A DNA stretch of 64,000 bases from Octopus sinensis (lineage: Eukaryota), in contig NC_043020.1 in the NCBI RefSeq assembly GCF_006345805.1, forward strand, positions 16,740,001-16,804,000. The letters are read 5' to 3'. This document shows, one piece after another, positions 39,381-51,941 of this stretch. Numbering within the stretch: position 1 is the stretch's first letter; every line of letters starts with the position of its first letter. Under the pieces are notes generated by a model. It ran no database searches. It saw nothing but the letters and a program-made list of their open reading frames with translations, and was not told the DNA's origin. Made by a program: the position numbers and the translations under genes.

Positions 39381-40932
39381 TTAGATAAATATCCCATAAT
39401 ATTTAATTTTTGTTTCAGAAACACTGTACAACATATGATGCATATTTTTTATCTTTTCTTTTTCTTCTCCTTATATTTACTTTTTCCCTTCAACCCCCTA
39501 CTACAATGACAAATATACTTAAATGTTTAATCATATCATTTGCCGTCTTTATTCTGCCTCCTATCATTCAATATCAACTAATTTTTTACCGTAGTACTTT
39601 GAGAGAAAAATCACCCATTAATTTCTATGAAATTTACTTTTATATACATAGATTTGTAGAACAGCCATCAGTTTTATTTCTACATTTCAAATAGCTCTGC
39701 TCCCTTTTCTTTTTACTTGTGATTTCATATCCATGTTGACTTTTAAGTATGATGAAATGTAGTTAGTTTGATGAGCATTTCAAGCAGTAATTTGATAAGC
39801 TTACTAAACAAAATACCAGTTCTGTTGCGAGTACAAAATATGTAAATATATTATGATTTATAACACTCTACTAGATTAAGACTGAGTTCTGTTTTTACCA
39901 ATTTATAGTTGCCTTTATTTTAATGAACATCATAACTCGCACACACATCATCATCATCATTGTTCGACCGTGGTCGAGACAATGGAGTTTACCATGCTAC
40001 GCCAGACTTCACGGTCCATCATGGCATTACGGAGGTCCTGTTGCTGGATGCCTGTATCCCTGGAGATTACATCAGGGTAGGAGAGTGTGCACCCTCTGGT
40101 ATTGCGAGTAGATGGCTTCCAGAGGAGAAGAGTAGAAATTACTTCTTTTTCAGCTCACACACACACACATGTAATTCTCTCGAAAATTTCAAGAAGACTC
40201 AGTTGAGAATTCTTGTCTTGTAAGTTATTTGGTGACCTCACAAACTTGCCGAGTTTAGTCATGTGCAGAGAGTGAATGTGTGCTCTTCTTTACTGTCACA
40301 TCTCATAAATGAACCTTTTTTTGGGGCTGAATGGTGACTGGTGATGAGAAATGGGTTCTCTATAAAAATGTCAAGCACCAGAAACAGTGGGTAGGAAAAG
40401 GAGAAACACTAGCATCCCAGGCTAAAGGTCTTCACCCATGTAAGGTGTTGTTATCTGTTTCATTGGATATGAAAGGTTTAGTCCACTTTGAACTATTAAA
40501 CCCAAACCAAACAATAACAAAGTTGATCTGCTGCAAGTAGCTTGAGTGGCTTTAGTCAGTGCTAGGAGAAATTGACTGTCTTTGGTTTCAAGATGAAAGG
40601 TGTTCTTCCATCAGGATAATACTTGGCCACATGCAGCAAGAATGACATTCCAAAGGCAGGAGCAGTTTGAATGAGAAACAATGCCCCACCCACCATATTC
40701 ACCAGACATTACCCCATCTGATTATCATCTATTCCACACTTTTCAAAATCATTTGGACAGAAAAAATATGAATTCTGTAGACAAGGTCAGAACAATACTG
40801 GAGAAGTATTTTTCTTCATGAACAAGTGAATTTTGGAAGAGGAGCCTTGCAAGTCTACCAGATAAATGGAAAAGCATTGTAGAAAATGAAGGGGAGTATA
40901 TTTTAGATTAAAAAAGAAGTTTATTTATCTAA
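39381..40932 (+). mobile_element. Decayed mariner (DD34D) transposon
   Basis: Fragments W*PHKL, MVTGDEKWVLY, HQDN and HPPYSPDITPSDYHLF at about 40230-40910; short terminal inverted match TTAGATAAATA with TA flanks (boundaries less certain than the transposase call). Confidence 0.82.
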
Positions 40933-43900
40933 TATATATATATACCTACCCAGGCCTGTTCCCCATTTTTTTAGGAGCAGGTAGCCACAAGAAGACACAC
41001 ACCAGGAATTCCATTCATTATTTATGTGATGACCCAATATTTGAGCTACTTTCTTTCGTGCTTGATCAGAATTCCACTGAACAGTTGCAGGATAGTGGTT
41101 TGTGTGCTATATAAGCCTGCATGATTACTGCACTATCTCGGCATGAAACTTCAAGAGGCTCAGCTATAATAATCCTGGTTTTATTAAATGATACATAAAT
41201 ATGCGTGTTGTGTATGTTTGTGTTTGTTTGTGTCCATATGTCTTGGGCAGAGGTTGGTATTTGTTTACATTCCTCATAAACAAGGCATACTGTTCCTTGA
41301 TTTGATACACGAAAACCATTGGAATAAAGTACTCTCCTTGAAAACCAGCAACACTTGGTGTTTGGAAAGGCATCTGTCTCAAGTGTTTTGTCCAAGCCAT
41401 GCCAGTATGAAAAATGGACATAAAATCCACAATGATGATTTCCTGAAAGTTAAGTTGTTATTTGGATAATAACCTAAATTGTAGAATAAATATATCTATT
41501 ATCTGGCAGTTTCTTCTGAAAGACCTTTTGATTCCTTTGAGATCCATTAGACAATAGTTAAGAAAAGTAAGTAATGGTCCCAGGGTGGGGAATATTGCCT
41601 TGTGTTATTAAAATATCTCTGTTTTGACTTTTATTTGATTTGATCTTTGTTTTATGTAAGCCTTTTCTAGTGGTTAACTTAATCTGTCACTCATTCCAAC
41701 ACCCCCTCATGATGCCTTAGGTACATGTTACAGAATCTTCTTTGTTGCAAACATTCAGGCCAGATTTCCAGTTTGAGGATAATTACCTCTTTCTCTCCCT
41801 CCTATTATCTCAAAGGCCCCAACCAAAAGATAAGAAAACAATTCAACATTTTTGACCTTGGATAACTGACCCCTAACTAATCTGACATTGATTAGGTCAC
41901 TAAGCAGTAGCTGTGTATTGCATGTCATCTAATAGAAAATGTCAGAAAAATATCTACAACTAATTTAGTGATATTTCATTGATTTGTTAGAGAGAATTTG
42001 TGGTTGCAGATTATATGACTAGACAGTGTGGTGGTAGACATTAAGATATGTGTGGAGCACCAGATGGAGTTTATATCTCTGATATTGATAACAGAGGTTA
42101 ACAGTTGAGAATCAAATATAATTTGCAGCTAGAAGTGAAAAAAATGTATGCTATGAAATGCTGGTAATGGATTGAGGTGAAAACCTGTCATAAGACCAAC
42201 AATTAAAATATTAGGGTTTTGTTTTTTGTTTTCTAAAGCTAAATCAGTAGGTTATTGTACAGCTCTGGAAAATCCTTCAGTCACACTGTTCTCTGTTAAA
42301 AAAATAAACTTTCTGATATTTTCCTGAAAATATGTTCTATGTAGCATTGTCTGTTAAGGAGAGTATCTGAATGTGATCTATATCTGTGTAAATATGTACT
42401 CAATTCAGTGTGTAATGAACAAAGCATCTTAATATGGTTTTGTGTAAATATATTTAATATAGTGCTGTCTGTTCAGAAGAGTATGCAAGTCACTTGTGTA
42501 AATATATACTTGAAACACAGTGTGTATCAGAGTATGTGAATATGTTTTGTGTAAATATACCTAACTAATCTAGAAATATGCAAAGTATTAATATGAAACA
42601 TAAAAAAAGTTGGTCTATCAGTATGGATATTTAACACATAAATAGAAATTTGTGTCAGATATTGATTAGAAATAAACCTGTTTATACCAGTTTTAACTTT
42701 TGTCCAATTTGTAGCAATAAGGGAAATGAATGGTTATTTCTGAATCAATACATAATCAATTATAATGTATATACACATATATAAACATGTGTGTATGTGT
42801 GAGAGAAAGGATTGCAATGTTTATATTTTAATGGTATATTTTTTAATCAAATATTAACAGTAATAATTTGAAGTTGAATGCAGTTTTTCAGAATTTTTTT
42901 TTTATATAAGAGTATTTATGAGGATCTAAATATACACCAAGTACATGAGTAATTCATATTCTATACAGACTTTGGTAGGTTCTATGACAACTGTCTTTTA
43001 TTACTTCACTATACCTGGTTGTAAAAAGACTTCAAGCTCAGCACACAAAAGGGTACAAAAACCCAGCGTTATGTCTTTGACTGAACTTGCCATAACACAA
43101 AAGATTCCTTGGATATAGAACACCTTAACCCTCCAGGAGAGTTGCAATGCAAACAACAGCACAGAATGTAATAGCTGAGAGGTATCTCGGAGTCTTAAAG
43201 GGTAAGGAGTTGAGGGCCAAAAAATTGTATGAAGCAGGTCTCTTGTCTGAAAACCTGCTGTTCAGCTCTCCCTAGATTCCCTTAGTACCACGACAACTAC
43301 CTTGTATGGCTTCATTATTCCTGGTTGAAAAGGAACACTTCAAACTCAGTACCCAAAGAGTGCAAAATCAGCATTATGTCTTCTAATTATTAACTCCAAC
43401 TTTATACCATGCAACGCACAACATCCAATAAAGATACTGAGGCCCTCTGTGACCATACTTATCTGGCAAGCTTCAGCTTCTCAAATTAGGAATAGAAACC
43501 TCTTTGTTTCCTCCTCTCTCTCTCTCTCTCTCATAATTACAAGATGTCAATGTGTTGCAGCGTTCTAGATGCACATATGCCATATCTAATATGCTATGGT
43601 CATTCTTCAAACATTTAATTGATTGTATGTGTGCCAAAAAGAATTGCTATCAATACTTCTGTACATTTTATATATTTATGCATTTTAAGCATGTAATAAT
43701 GAGGACAGTTCCAGTTGAAATAAATGTCTATTTGTGTGGCTCTTAACAGCTCCAAGCAGTGTCTGTATGAGTATGCATGTATATGTATGTATATATATAT
43801 ATATGTGTATATATGTGTGTATATATGTATGTGTATGTATATAATATATACATATATGTGTGTGTGTATATATATATATATACATGTGGTATATATGTGT

Positions 43901-44133
43901 GTGTATATATATATATATATATGTGCATATATGTGTATATATATATATATATATATGTACATGTGTATACGTATATGTGTGTATATATATATATATATGT
44001 ATGTGTGTGTATATATATATATGTATATGTATATCTGTGTATGTATATATATATATGTTTGTGTGTATATATATATGTATATGGGTGTGTGTATATATGT
44101 ATGTGTATATATGTGTGTGTATATATGTATGTG

Positions 44134-44176
<43 letters not shown>

Positions 44177-44183
44177 GTGTATG

Positions 44184-44226
<43 letters not shown>

Positions 44227-45044
44227 GTGTATGCACACACACACACATAGAGAGAGAGGGGGGATGGTTTCTAAAGGAACTGTAAAAGCTCTCGGTAAAT
44301 TGCTTAAAGTCATTCTAGCTGTGTTGCTGGTTTTTGGTGGGTTTAATGATACAGTTATTCCAATAAAATTAGATTATCCTTTGCAAGCAGATCATCTCTG
44401 ATGACTACCTTTCGCAGCATCGAATGCTATAAAAATAAAGTTTTATGCGTTTCCAATGGCGTAGGTATATAACAATAAAGCTCAATTGAATAACAGAGAC
44501 CGAGAGAACAGAGCACACTGCTCCATGCACTACAAAAACTAAAAAGAAGCGAGGAGTGAGTGAGGGGGGGGGACGAGCGGAGCGGGGGGTTGGGGGATGG
44601 CGGGATGGTGAGAAGGGGGGGGATGTGGAGTTTTTGTTCAAAGCATCATTGATTCCATATTTTGTTTTACACAAAGCTCCAAAGGATAGTGAGAAGGCGA
44701 AAACAATACAAAAATAAAACACAAGCGGCAAGGCAAAGGAGTTAGGTGCAGTGGGGTGGGGTGGGGGGTGTGGAGAGACGGCTGTGTGAGTGTGTGCGTG
44801 TGTGCGCGTGTGTGTGTGTGTGTGTTGGCATTGGATAGCATCGCAACAGTGCAATGAAAATATAACTATGGTTATTGAAAGTGTGTATGTGTGCATACAT
44901 ACATACACACACATACACACACATACACACACATCTTGAGCTTTATATTAATGACAATATCAAGATTCCTATATAAAATTATGGGACAGTAATACTGTTT
45001 GCATGTGGGTGTATTTATATATATATATATCTATATATGTATAG

Positions 45045-45078
<34 letters not shown>

Positions 45079-45518
45079 ATATATATATATATAATATATA
45101 TATATATGTATAATATATAATATATATATGTTATATATATAATAATATATTGTATATATATATAATATATAATATGTATATATATATAATATATATATGG
45201 ATATATATATATATATATATGTATATATAGTTATATATATAGGTATATATATGTATATATATGTATATATGTATATATATGTATATATATAATGTATATA
45301 TATATATATATGTATATATATATAATATATATTTATATATATAATGTGTATTATATATGTATATATATATATATGTATATAATATAATATATAATATATA
45401 TATGTGTGATATATATGTGTATATATATATGTATATATATATAATATGTATATATATATAATATATATATATATATCTGTGTGTATATATATATGTATAT
45501 TATATATATATGTAGTTA

Positions 45519-45567
<49 letters not shown>

Positions 45568-45569
<2 letters not shown>

Positions 45570-45943
45570 TATATAAACGGCAGTTTGTCTGTGCGTTTTT
45601 CTGGTGTCGTTTTTCTCGTACCCTCACTCTGACCACGGCTTTCAACCGATTCTGATGAAACTTGATACACACATAGCCCAATGTCATAATTCAAAACTAA
45701 CGCAGCGAAAATTTTGAAAAGTTCCCCCAGTTCTGAAAAAAATCGATAATTCGACATGGGGTCGAGAATCAGAAACCCAACCCACAGACCGTCTAGGGGA
45801 CGCAACTCCACCTTTTTTAACTCTCAAAAAAATTTACCATCATTTTTTTTCCATTTTTTTGCTATTTTTTGGCTATAACTCTCTAAAAATGCTTTATAGT
45901 TATTTCCCTTACAAACCTGAGCAACGCCGGGCGATACTGCTAG
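45568..45943 (+). mobile_element. Non-autonomous Helitron
   Basis: TC start, hairpin, and CTAG|T end at 45940-45944; 3' end shared with the copies at 10343 and 26414. Confidence 0.82.
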
Positions 45944-47408
45944 TATATACATATATATATATAACGTCATCATTATCATCATCATCATACCATCCACTTT
46001 ACCATACTCTCATGGATTAAACAGGGTTTATTAAAGTAGAATTTCTACTAGTTAATGTCCCCACCTGTTGCCAATCCTCACCTGTATCCAAGCAAGGTAA
46101 TATTTCCCTGTGCTTTTCACAGAATATTGGAAATGAATGACACTGCTTATATGACAATGACACTCATTTACGACATACTTGTATACACACACACACACAT
46201 ACATTTATTTATACACATATGCAAACATATAACAAGCTTCTTTCAATTTCTCTCTTACAAATCCATGCACAAGGATCTCATCAGTCTGATGCTATAGTAG
46301 AAAACACTTGGCCAAAGTCCCACACAGTGGGACTGAACCCAAAACCATAAAGTTGGGAAGCAAACTTCTTAACCACACAGCCACACTTGTGTTACATATA
46401 TATGTGGCACGTAAAAAGCACCCACTACACTCATGGAGTGGTTGGCGTTAGGAAGGGCATCCAGCCGTAGAAACACTGCCAGATCAGACTGGAGCCTGGT
46501 GCAGCCTCCTGGCTTCCCAGACCCCGGTCGAACCGTCCAACCCATGCTAGCACGGAAAACGGACGTTAAACGATGATGATGATGATGATATTTATATCTA
46601 CTATATGTGTGTGGAGAGAGAGAAAGAAGGAGGGGAAGGGAGTTCCTGATGAGAAATACGTAAATCTGAACCAGTTTTGAAACATTTGTTCAATTGTTGG
46701 ATGATGTATATTTTAACAAATTTCAAAGTGTGTTTGTGAGTGTACACACACACACACGCACGCACAAAAAAACCCACAAAGGATGGACAAATGCTTGTAA
46801 ATGGCTAATACATCATTAATAATACGTATTTGGTGAAGAAAAGATATAGTCCTTAGAACCTCCATTACAGTTGTTTCAAAAATTCAGTAACTGCTTGATG
46901 TAATAATGTGTATTATGCAAGGAGTGGCTGTATGGTAAGGAGCTTGCTTACCAACCATATGGTTCCAAGTTCAGTCCCACTGAATCTGTACAAGCACTAA
47001 AAAAAAAATGTTTAGTGTTTAAAATAATTTGCCTTTTACTACTCATCCTTCCACTCAATCATATTAACACATCATGTTTTGTTTTTTGTGCTGTTGTTGT
47101 TCTTTAATCCTTTAGCATTCAGATTACTTCATCAAATGTAATGCTTATTTATTCACATTGTTTTGAATTAACCATGCATTTTCTTGTAGCTTTGAGACTT
47201 CAATTAGGGGATTGTTTACTTTTAGTATGACACTTTGAGGTAGGCATGAGAGATTGTATTTGGTCAGTTGGAGCATAAAACAAATAGAATATTTTGGGCT
47301 GGATATGGACAGTTTAAATGCTAAAGGGTTAATATTGTCATTACTCTACATGATTTTGAGAACAAATAGTGACACGTTGTTTTCCATCTCTAAATTTCTT
47401 AAACAAAG

Positions 47409-47555
47409 GCACTTGAAATCCAGATCATCTATGAAGTGTATGACGACTTAGACTCTCCAGATTATGAATACTCACGGCCATTTCTTGGTGCAGTCCATCA
47501 ACAACAGAGTGGAAGCCTTGGCTCCTATTCCAGCAGTGCATCCGATAGTACTAAG
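47409..47555 (+). CDS. STXBP5: Tomosyn exon (ALEIQIIYEVYDDLDSPDYEYSRPFLGAVHQQQSGSLGSYSSSASDSTK)
   Basis: Acceptor aaacaaag| and donor AAG|gtaaaa; 147 nt, phase 0/0; LEIQIIYE aligns to the vertebrate LEVRLLYE, followed by a Ser-rich linker. Confidence 0.88.
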
Positions 47556-47907
47556 GTAAAAAAAAATCAACACTTTCACTTCTTTCTTTTTGTAACTTCA
47601 CTGAAATTTCGACTACAAATTTTACATCCCCTTCATCTTTTTTTTTATCTCTATTCCTTTCTTTTCTTTTTTTTTTCTTTTTTTTTCTTGAATTTCTCTA
47701 ACCGAATGTTTGTTTTGTTTTTCCTTTACAATTTTATTATCCTAACATTTTCTTATTAATTTCATACACTATCTTTATTATTATCATTATTATTTTATAT
47801 ATATTGCTTAATTTCTACATTTTCGGACTTGACTGCTTATTTTTCATCCTTGCATCTGAATGTTTCATACTTCCATAATATTTTTATATTATCTTTTTAC
47901 TTATATA

Positions 47908-47939
<32 letters not shown>

Positions 47940-49502
47940 AATATTAACTTTTTTTTGGTAATATCTTCATTTATATCATCTACAACTGTAGCCAAAGATT
48001 TTAAATTTGTTGGCTAGAATCGATTCCTCCCAAGTTTTCATCACACTATCATTGTGATGTCCATTTCCTGTACCCAAACACCCCCATTCCACACCCACCA
48101 GTTTAATTTTTTACAAAACAAAACTTAGTAATTGGTTTTTATCGGCAGCTGTTAATTTTTCTTTTTCCATTTTTTTTTCTATTATCAAAACTTGATAGTC
48201 TTTCAGTTTTAGTTTCAACACCATCCATATTAATGGATATGTCAATCAGATATTACAACCAATAAAATTGATTAATTCTGTGGCCCTTAATTATAATGAG
48301 TTATTTATATTTAAATATTTCTTCTTTAGTTAGTAACATTAATTTGGAAATTTTGTTTTCTTTTAATAAAATTGTTATTCTCCCACCCCGCAAAAAAATT
48401 TAATAAAATGAAATATAATACAGAAAAACAGAATAATAAATTTACAGACTGAAATTATCAATTTGGATTTTATAATTCATTTATTTACGGATATGGAAAA
48501 TGACATAGTCTGAGAGTTCTGAGAGGTCAATATATAGTACAAGTTGAGTTTGGCTTTTTTTTTTTGCAACAGATTTCATTTCAGTTATGCAACTGAATCT
48601 CTTGATAAAGATATGAATAAAATTAAAATTTCACATCAGGATAGATTATATATTTAATTTAATTTTTTTTTTTTTTTGTACCACTGGCATTATAAACTTT
48701 CAAATTTTCAAATTAGCAAACATTTAGGAAGAAACATTGCATTGTTAACGAAATATCTTGTTGTTTAACAGTCACTACTGGCATTCAATCAGTTATGACG
48801 ACGAGGGTTCTTGTTGATCTGATCAATGGAACAGCCTGCTTATGAAATTAACATACAAGTGGCTGAGTATTCCACAGACATGTGTACCCTTAACATAGTT
48901 CTCAGAGAGATGCAGTGTAACAAGGTTGGCCCTTTGAAATACAGGTACTACTCATTTTTGCCAGCTGAGTGGGCTGTTATTACTAATATAATAAACCATC
49001 ATGGTGAGGATGTGTGATGTAGTGGTTAGAGTGCTGCACTCACATTCACTAGATCATAGGTTCAATTCCTAAAGCAGGCAGTGCATTGTCTTCTTGAGCA
49101 AAACCCTTCATCTCATGTTGCTCTGCAATGACTTTGACATTCAACACCTTACATGTTGGATGCTATGCACCTGTACAGGTAACATCAATTTAATGGAGGA
49201 AGTGAGATAATGTACAACAAACATTTGATTACTATAAACAAATCATTTGTGCAGATTATTCAACAAGAAATTTCAGAACTATCTTTCTCACACTCAAGAG
49301 ACTACTGCTAATTAATTAATTAATTGATAAACTAAACTGCCACAGAAATCCTCAACACAAGTTGCAGTTTGTAGATAATGACTGTTACTCTATAACTTCT
49401 GTTGCAATGCTGGATAAACCATTAAGCAAAATAAGCACAAGCTTAGGACATCAAGGAAAAGGGGACAACACAGGAATGGTTTACGGCACAACAGAAATCA
49501 TT

Positions 49503-50018
49503 TTAACCTGTTACCATATTTCTGTTGAGATTCTCTGTGTTTCTTTCAATTAATTTTAAATATAGCAAAGAATTTAGTAAAATAACTTAGTTATCATTAA
49601 GCTAGTGTTAGGAACATTAATTGTGACTAAGGTTTGGTAGAAGATTTTAATTCAGAACTTATGAAAACAAGACATTTGTACTACAGAGGTGGTTTCAGGT
49701 GGGTTGGTATCAAAATGGTTAAGACAGGAAGAACTAGCAGTGGCCCAAGGTGTCTTGATACTTATGTATCATTCACTTTTACATCTATGTTAACCCTTTT
49801 GTTACCATATTTCTGTTGAGATTCTCTGTGTTTCTTTCAATTAATTTTAAATATAACAAAGAATTTAGTAAAATAACTTAGTTATCATTAAGCTAGTGTT
49901 AGGAATATAAATTGTGACAAAGGTTTGGTAGAAGATTTTAATTCAGAACTTATGAAAACAAGACATTTGTACTACAGAGCCAAGCCGGTTTTGGCTGGGT
50001 TGGTAACGAAAGGGCTAA
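49503..50018. mobile_element. Two adjacent copies of a ~215-bp piggyBac-type MITE (49507-49718, 49794-50014)
   Basis: Near-identical bodies; TIR CCCTTTTGTTACCA / TGGTAACGAAAGGG with TTAA or CTAA flanks. Confidence 0.78.
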
Positions 50019-50355
50019 ACTTGCTAAAATAATATTCAAAGTGATTTATATGATAAGAAATAGAATTTCAAAGTGTTCATAGTGTCATAGTGAGGATCTG
50101 ATCAAAGACTTTGCAATTAAAAAAAAAGTAGGATAAATTTTTTTCAAATATAAATAAAGTGGAAGTATGCAAAAATAAATATTATATTCCATCTTAGTTT
50201 TGTTTCATTTTGAAAACAAAAAAAATTATTTTATGGTTTATTATTTATATTTTGAATTACGTATATATGGGGGCACCAAAATCTTTTAAGTGTTTAGGGT
50301 CTCTGTAGGTGTTAATTGAGACCTGGTCACTGGGCATTATAGACCACAAATGTGC

Positions 50356-50617
50356 AATTTGAACGGAGGCAATGCAAGTGGAAACTAGAGGAACATAATT
50401 AAGATCCACACTCAAAGATCAAATAGATACATATATTCATATATTCTTCCAGATTTACAAAACGGATGTATAAATTCCAGATATCTGGAATTTATATATC
50501 CGTTTTGTAAATTTGGAAGAATATATGAATATATATATGAATCCATTTGATCTTCGAGTGTGGATCTTAATTAATTATGTTCCTCTAATTTCTGCTTGCA
50601 TTGCTTCCATTCAAATT
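50356..50617. repeat. About 260-bp fold-back palindrome without a recognisable hammerhead
   Basis: Centre TTCCAGAT|ATCTGGAA at 50482/50483; the arms pair out to AATTTGAA...TTCAAATT. Confidence 0.92.
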
Positions 50618-50625
50618 AAGAAGTG

Positions 50626-50660
<35 letters not shown>

Positions 50661-51249
50661 TATGCATTATTTATGAAGTGCAACTGCTGCAATTAAGGAT
50701 AACTTTGATGCATGGATCATGCTTTAATTAATTTAGGTGGTACCTTTGTAGTTGTTGTAAGAAGATGCAGACCCCCACTTGGCCCTTGTAATATTAGCCT
50801 AGCAGATCATTCAGATGTGATAACTGGATCTGCATCAGTATTGGACTGGTACTCAATTGGCCTCTTTGGGGATGAAAGACACAACTAATCTTGACAGAAT
50901 ATGAACTCAATCCAAATGGCAAAGAACTAGAATGAATATGGCAATGCATTCAACACAATGTCTCTTCTAATCAACCACCTTAGACAGACAGACAGACAGA
51001 TAGATAGATAGATAGTTAGATAGATAGATATACAGACAGATAGACAGTCATGTACATACACACTGCAGAAAGACAAGAGGTTCATGGGACAGAGAATCAC
51101 TGATGAGGTTGCAGAATGTGTAAGAAAAGAACTTTGACAGACAGACTAAAAAATAATGCGCATAGAAACTAAAGTGAAGTTCAAAGACCATCTTAGGAAC
51201 AACAGGTGGAGAAAATGGATGCAAATATATAAAAATATGTGTGTTTGTG

Positions 51250-51545
51250 AAGGCGCATGGCTTAGTGGTTAAGGTGTTGCACCCACGATTGCGAGATCAT
51301 GGGTTTCAATTCCCAGACTGAGCATTGTGTTGTGTTCTTGAGCAAAGCACTTCATTTCACGCTGTTCTGCAATCATTTCGACATCTGACATGTGGCACAT
51401 GTTGCACCTGTACAGGTAATGTCGATCTGATGGAGGGAGTGGGCTTATGTCTACACAAACATTTGATCACTATAAACAAATCATCTGTGTGGTTGTTTGG
51501 TAACAAATTGTCGAACCCTCATACATCATCTAACAACTGGAGAGT
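51250..51545 (+). mobile_element. tRNA-headed SINE variant with a different body; relative near 49005-49270
   Basis: Head GGCGCATGGCTTAGTGGTT...TTCAATTCC and GTTCTTGAGCAAAGCAC block, then a body shared with 49005-49270 (CACCTGTACAGGTAA, CATTTGATCACTATAAACAAATC). Confidence 0.75.
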
Positions 51546-51570
51546 CCATCATATATATATATATATATAT

Positions 51571-51941
51571 AACTTATAAATGAGGGCAAACGAAAAAATT
51601 TCTAATGCCAAATATGCCGAAATTAAACACATTGTCCATAACCATTATAATTTTTTCACAATACGCACGCTACTCAAAAAAGGTCGACAGAAACTTCCAT
51701 GGGTATGAGTGAGTATCTCATTTATTTCTTTGCCACATTTATCACTGACGAAGGGAGGGTTCTTATGAACTAACCCTGAAATCGGTCCGATATGGTAATA
51801 ATGGAATTTTTTAGAAATTTCTGTCGACCTTTTTTGAGTGGCATGCGTATTGTGAAAAAATTATAATGGTTATGGACAATGTGTCTAATTTCGGCATATT
51901 TGGCATTAGAAATTTTTTCGTTTGCCCTTATTTATAAGTTG
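51571..51941. mobile_element. Fold-back mini-element: 123-bp inverted repeats (51571-51693, 51819-51941) enclosing a hammerhead ribozyme
   Basis: The arms differ at about 4 of 123 positions by my alignment; (AT)n on the left flank. Confidence 0.93.
51738..51801 (+). ncRNA. Type I hammerhead ribozyme with intact core and all three stems
   Basis: UUUUAUCA-CUGACGA-AGGG..GUUC/uuau/GAAC..CCCU-GAAA-UCG-GUC-CGA-UA|UGGUAAUA; predicted cleavage between 51793 and 51794. Confidence 0.85.

Larger units (their letters stand above)
18177..47555 (+). other. STXBP5: Tomosyn (syntaxin-binding protein 5 family) gene, internal portion: six recognised exons; the gene probably extends beyond both window edges
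   Basis: Spliced peptide DFQVPYAIVVLLQNDLVVVDLTVQG-YPCFENPYPMDIHESPVTACQYYADCPPDLIPAFYSVGSKQKKTGFSEN-GWPIKGGEWGTTTCSYPEIILTG-HADGSIKFWDASA-VTLQVLCKVK...DDDPFAIQ...ESRLL...-ALEIQIIYE. It is colinear with the recalled tomosyn sequence DFQEPYAVVVLLEKDL...YPIFENPYPLSIHESPVT...WPINGGNWG...HADGSVKFWDASAITLQVLYKLK. All introns are GT-AG and phases are compatible (1/2, 2/0, 0/2, 2/1, 1/0, 0/0). Confidence 0.95.
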
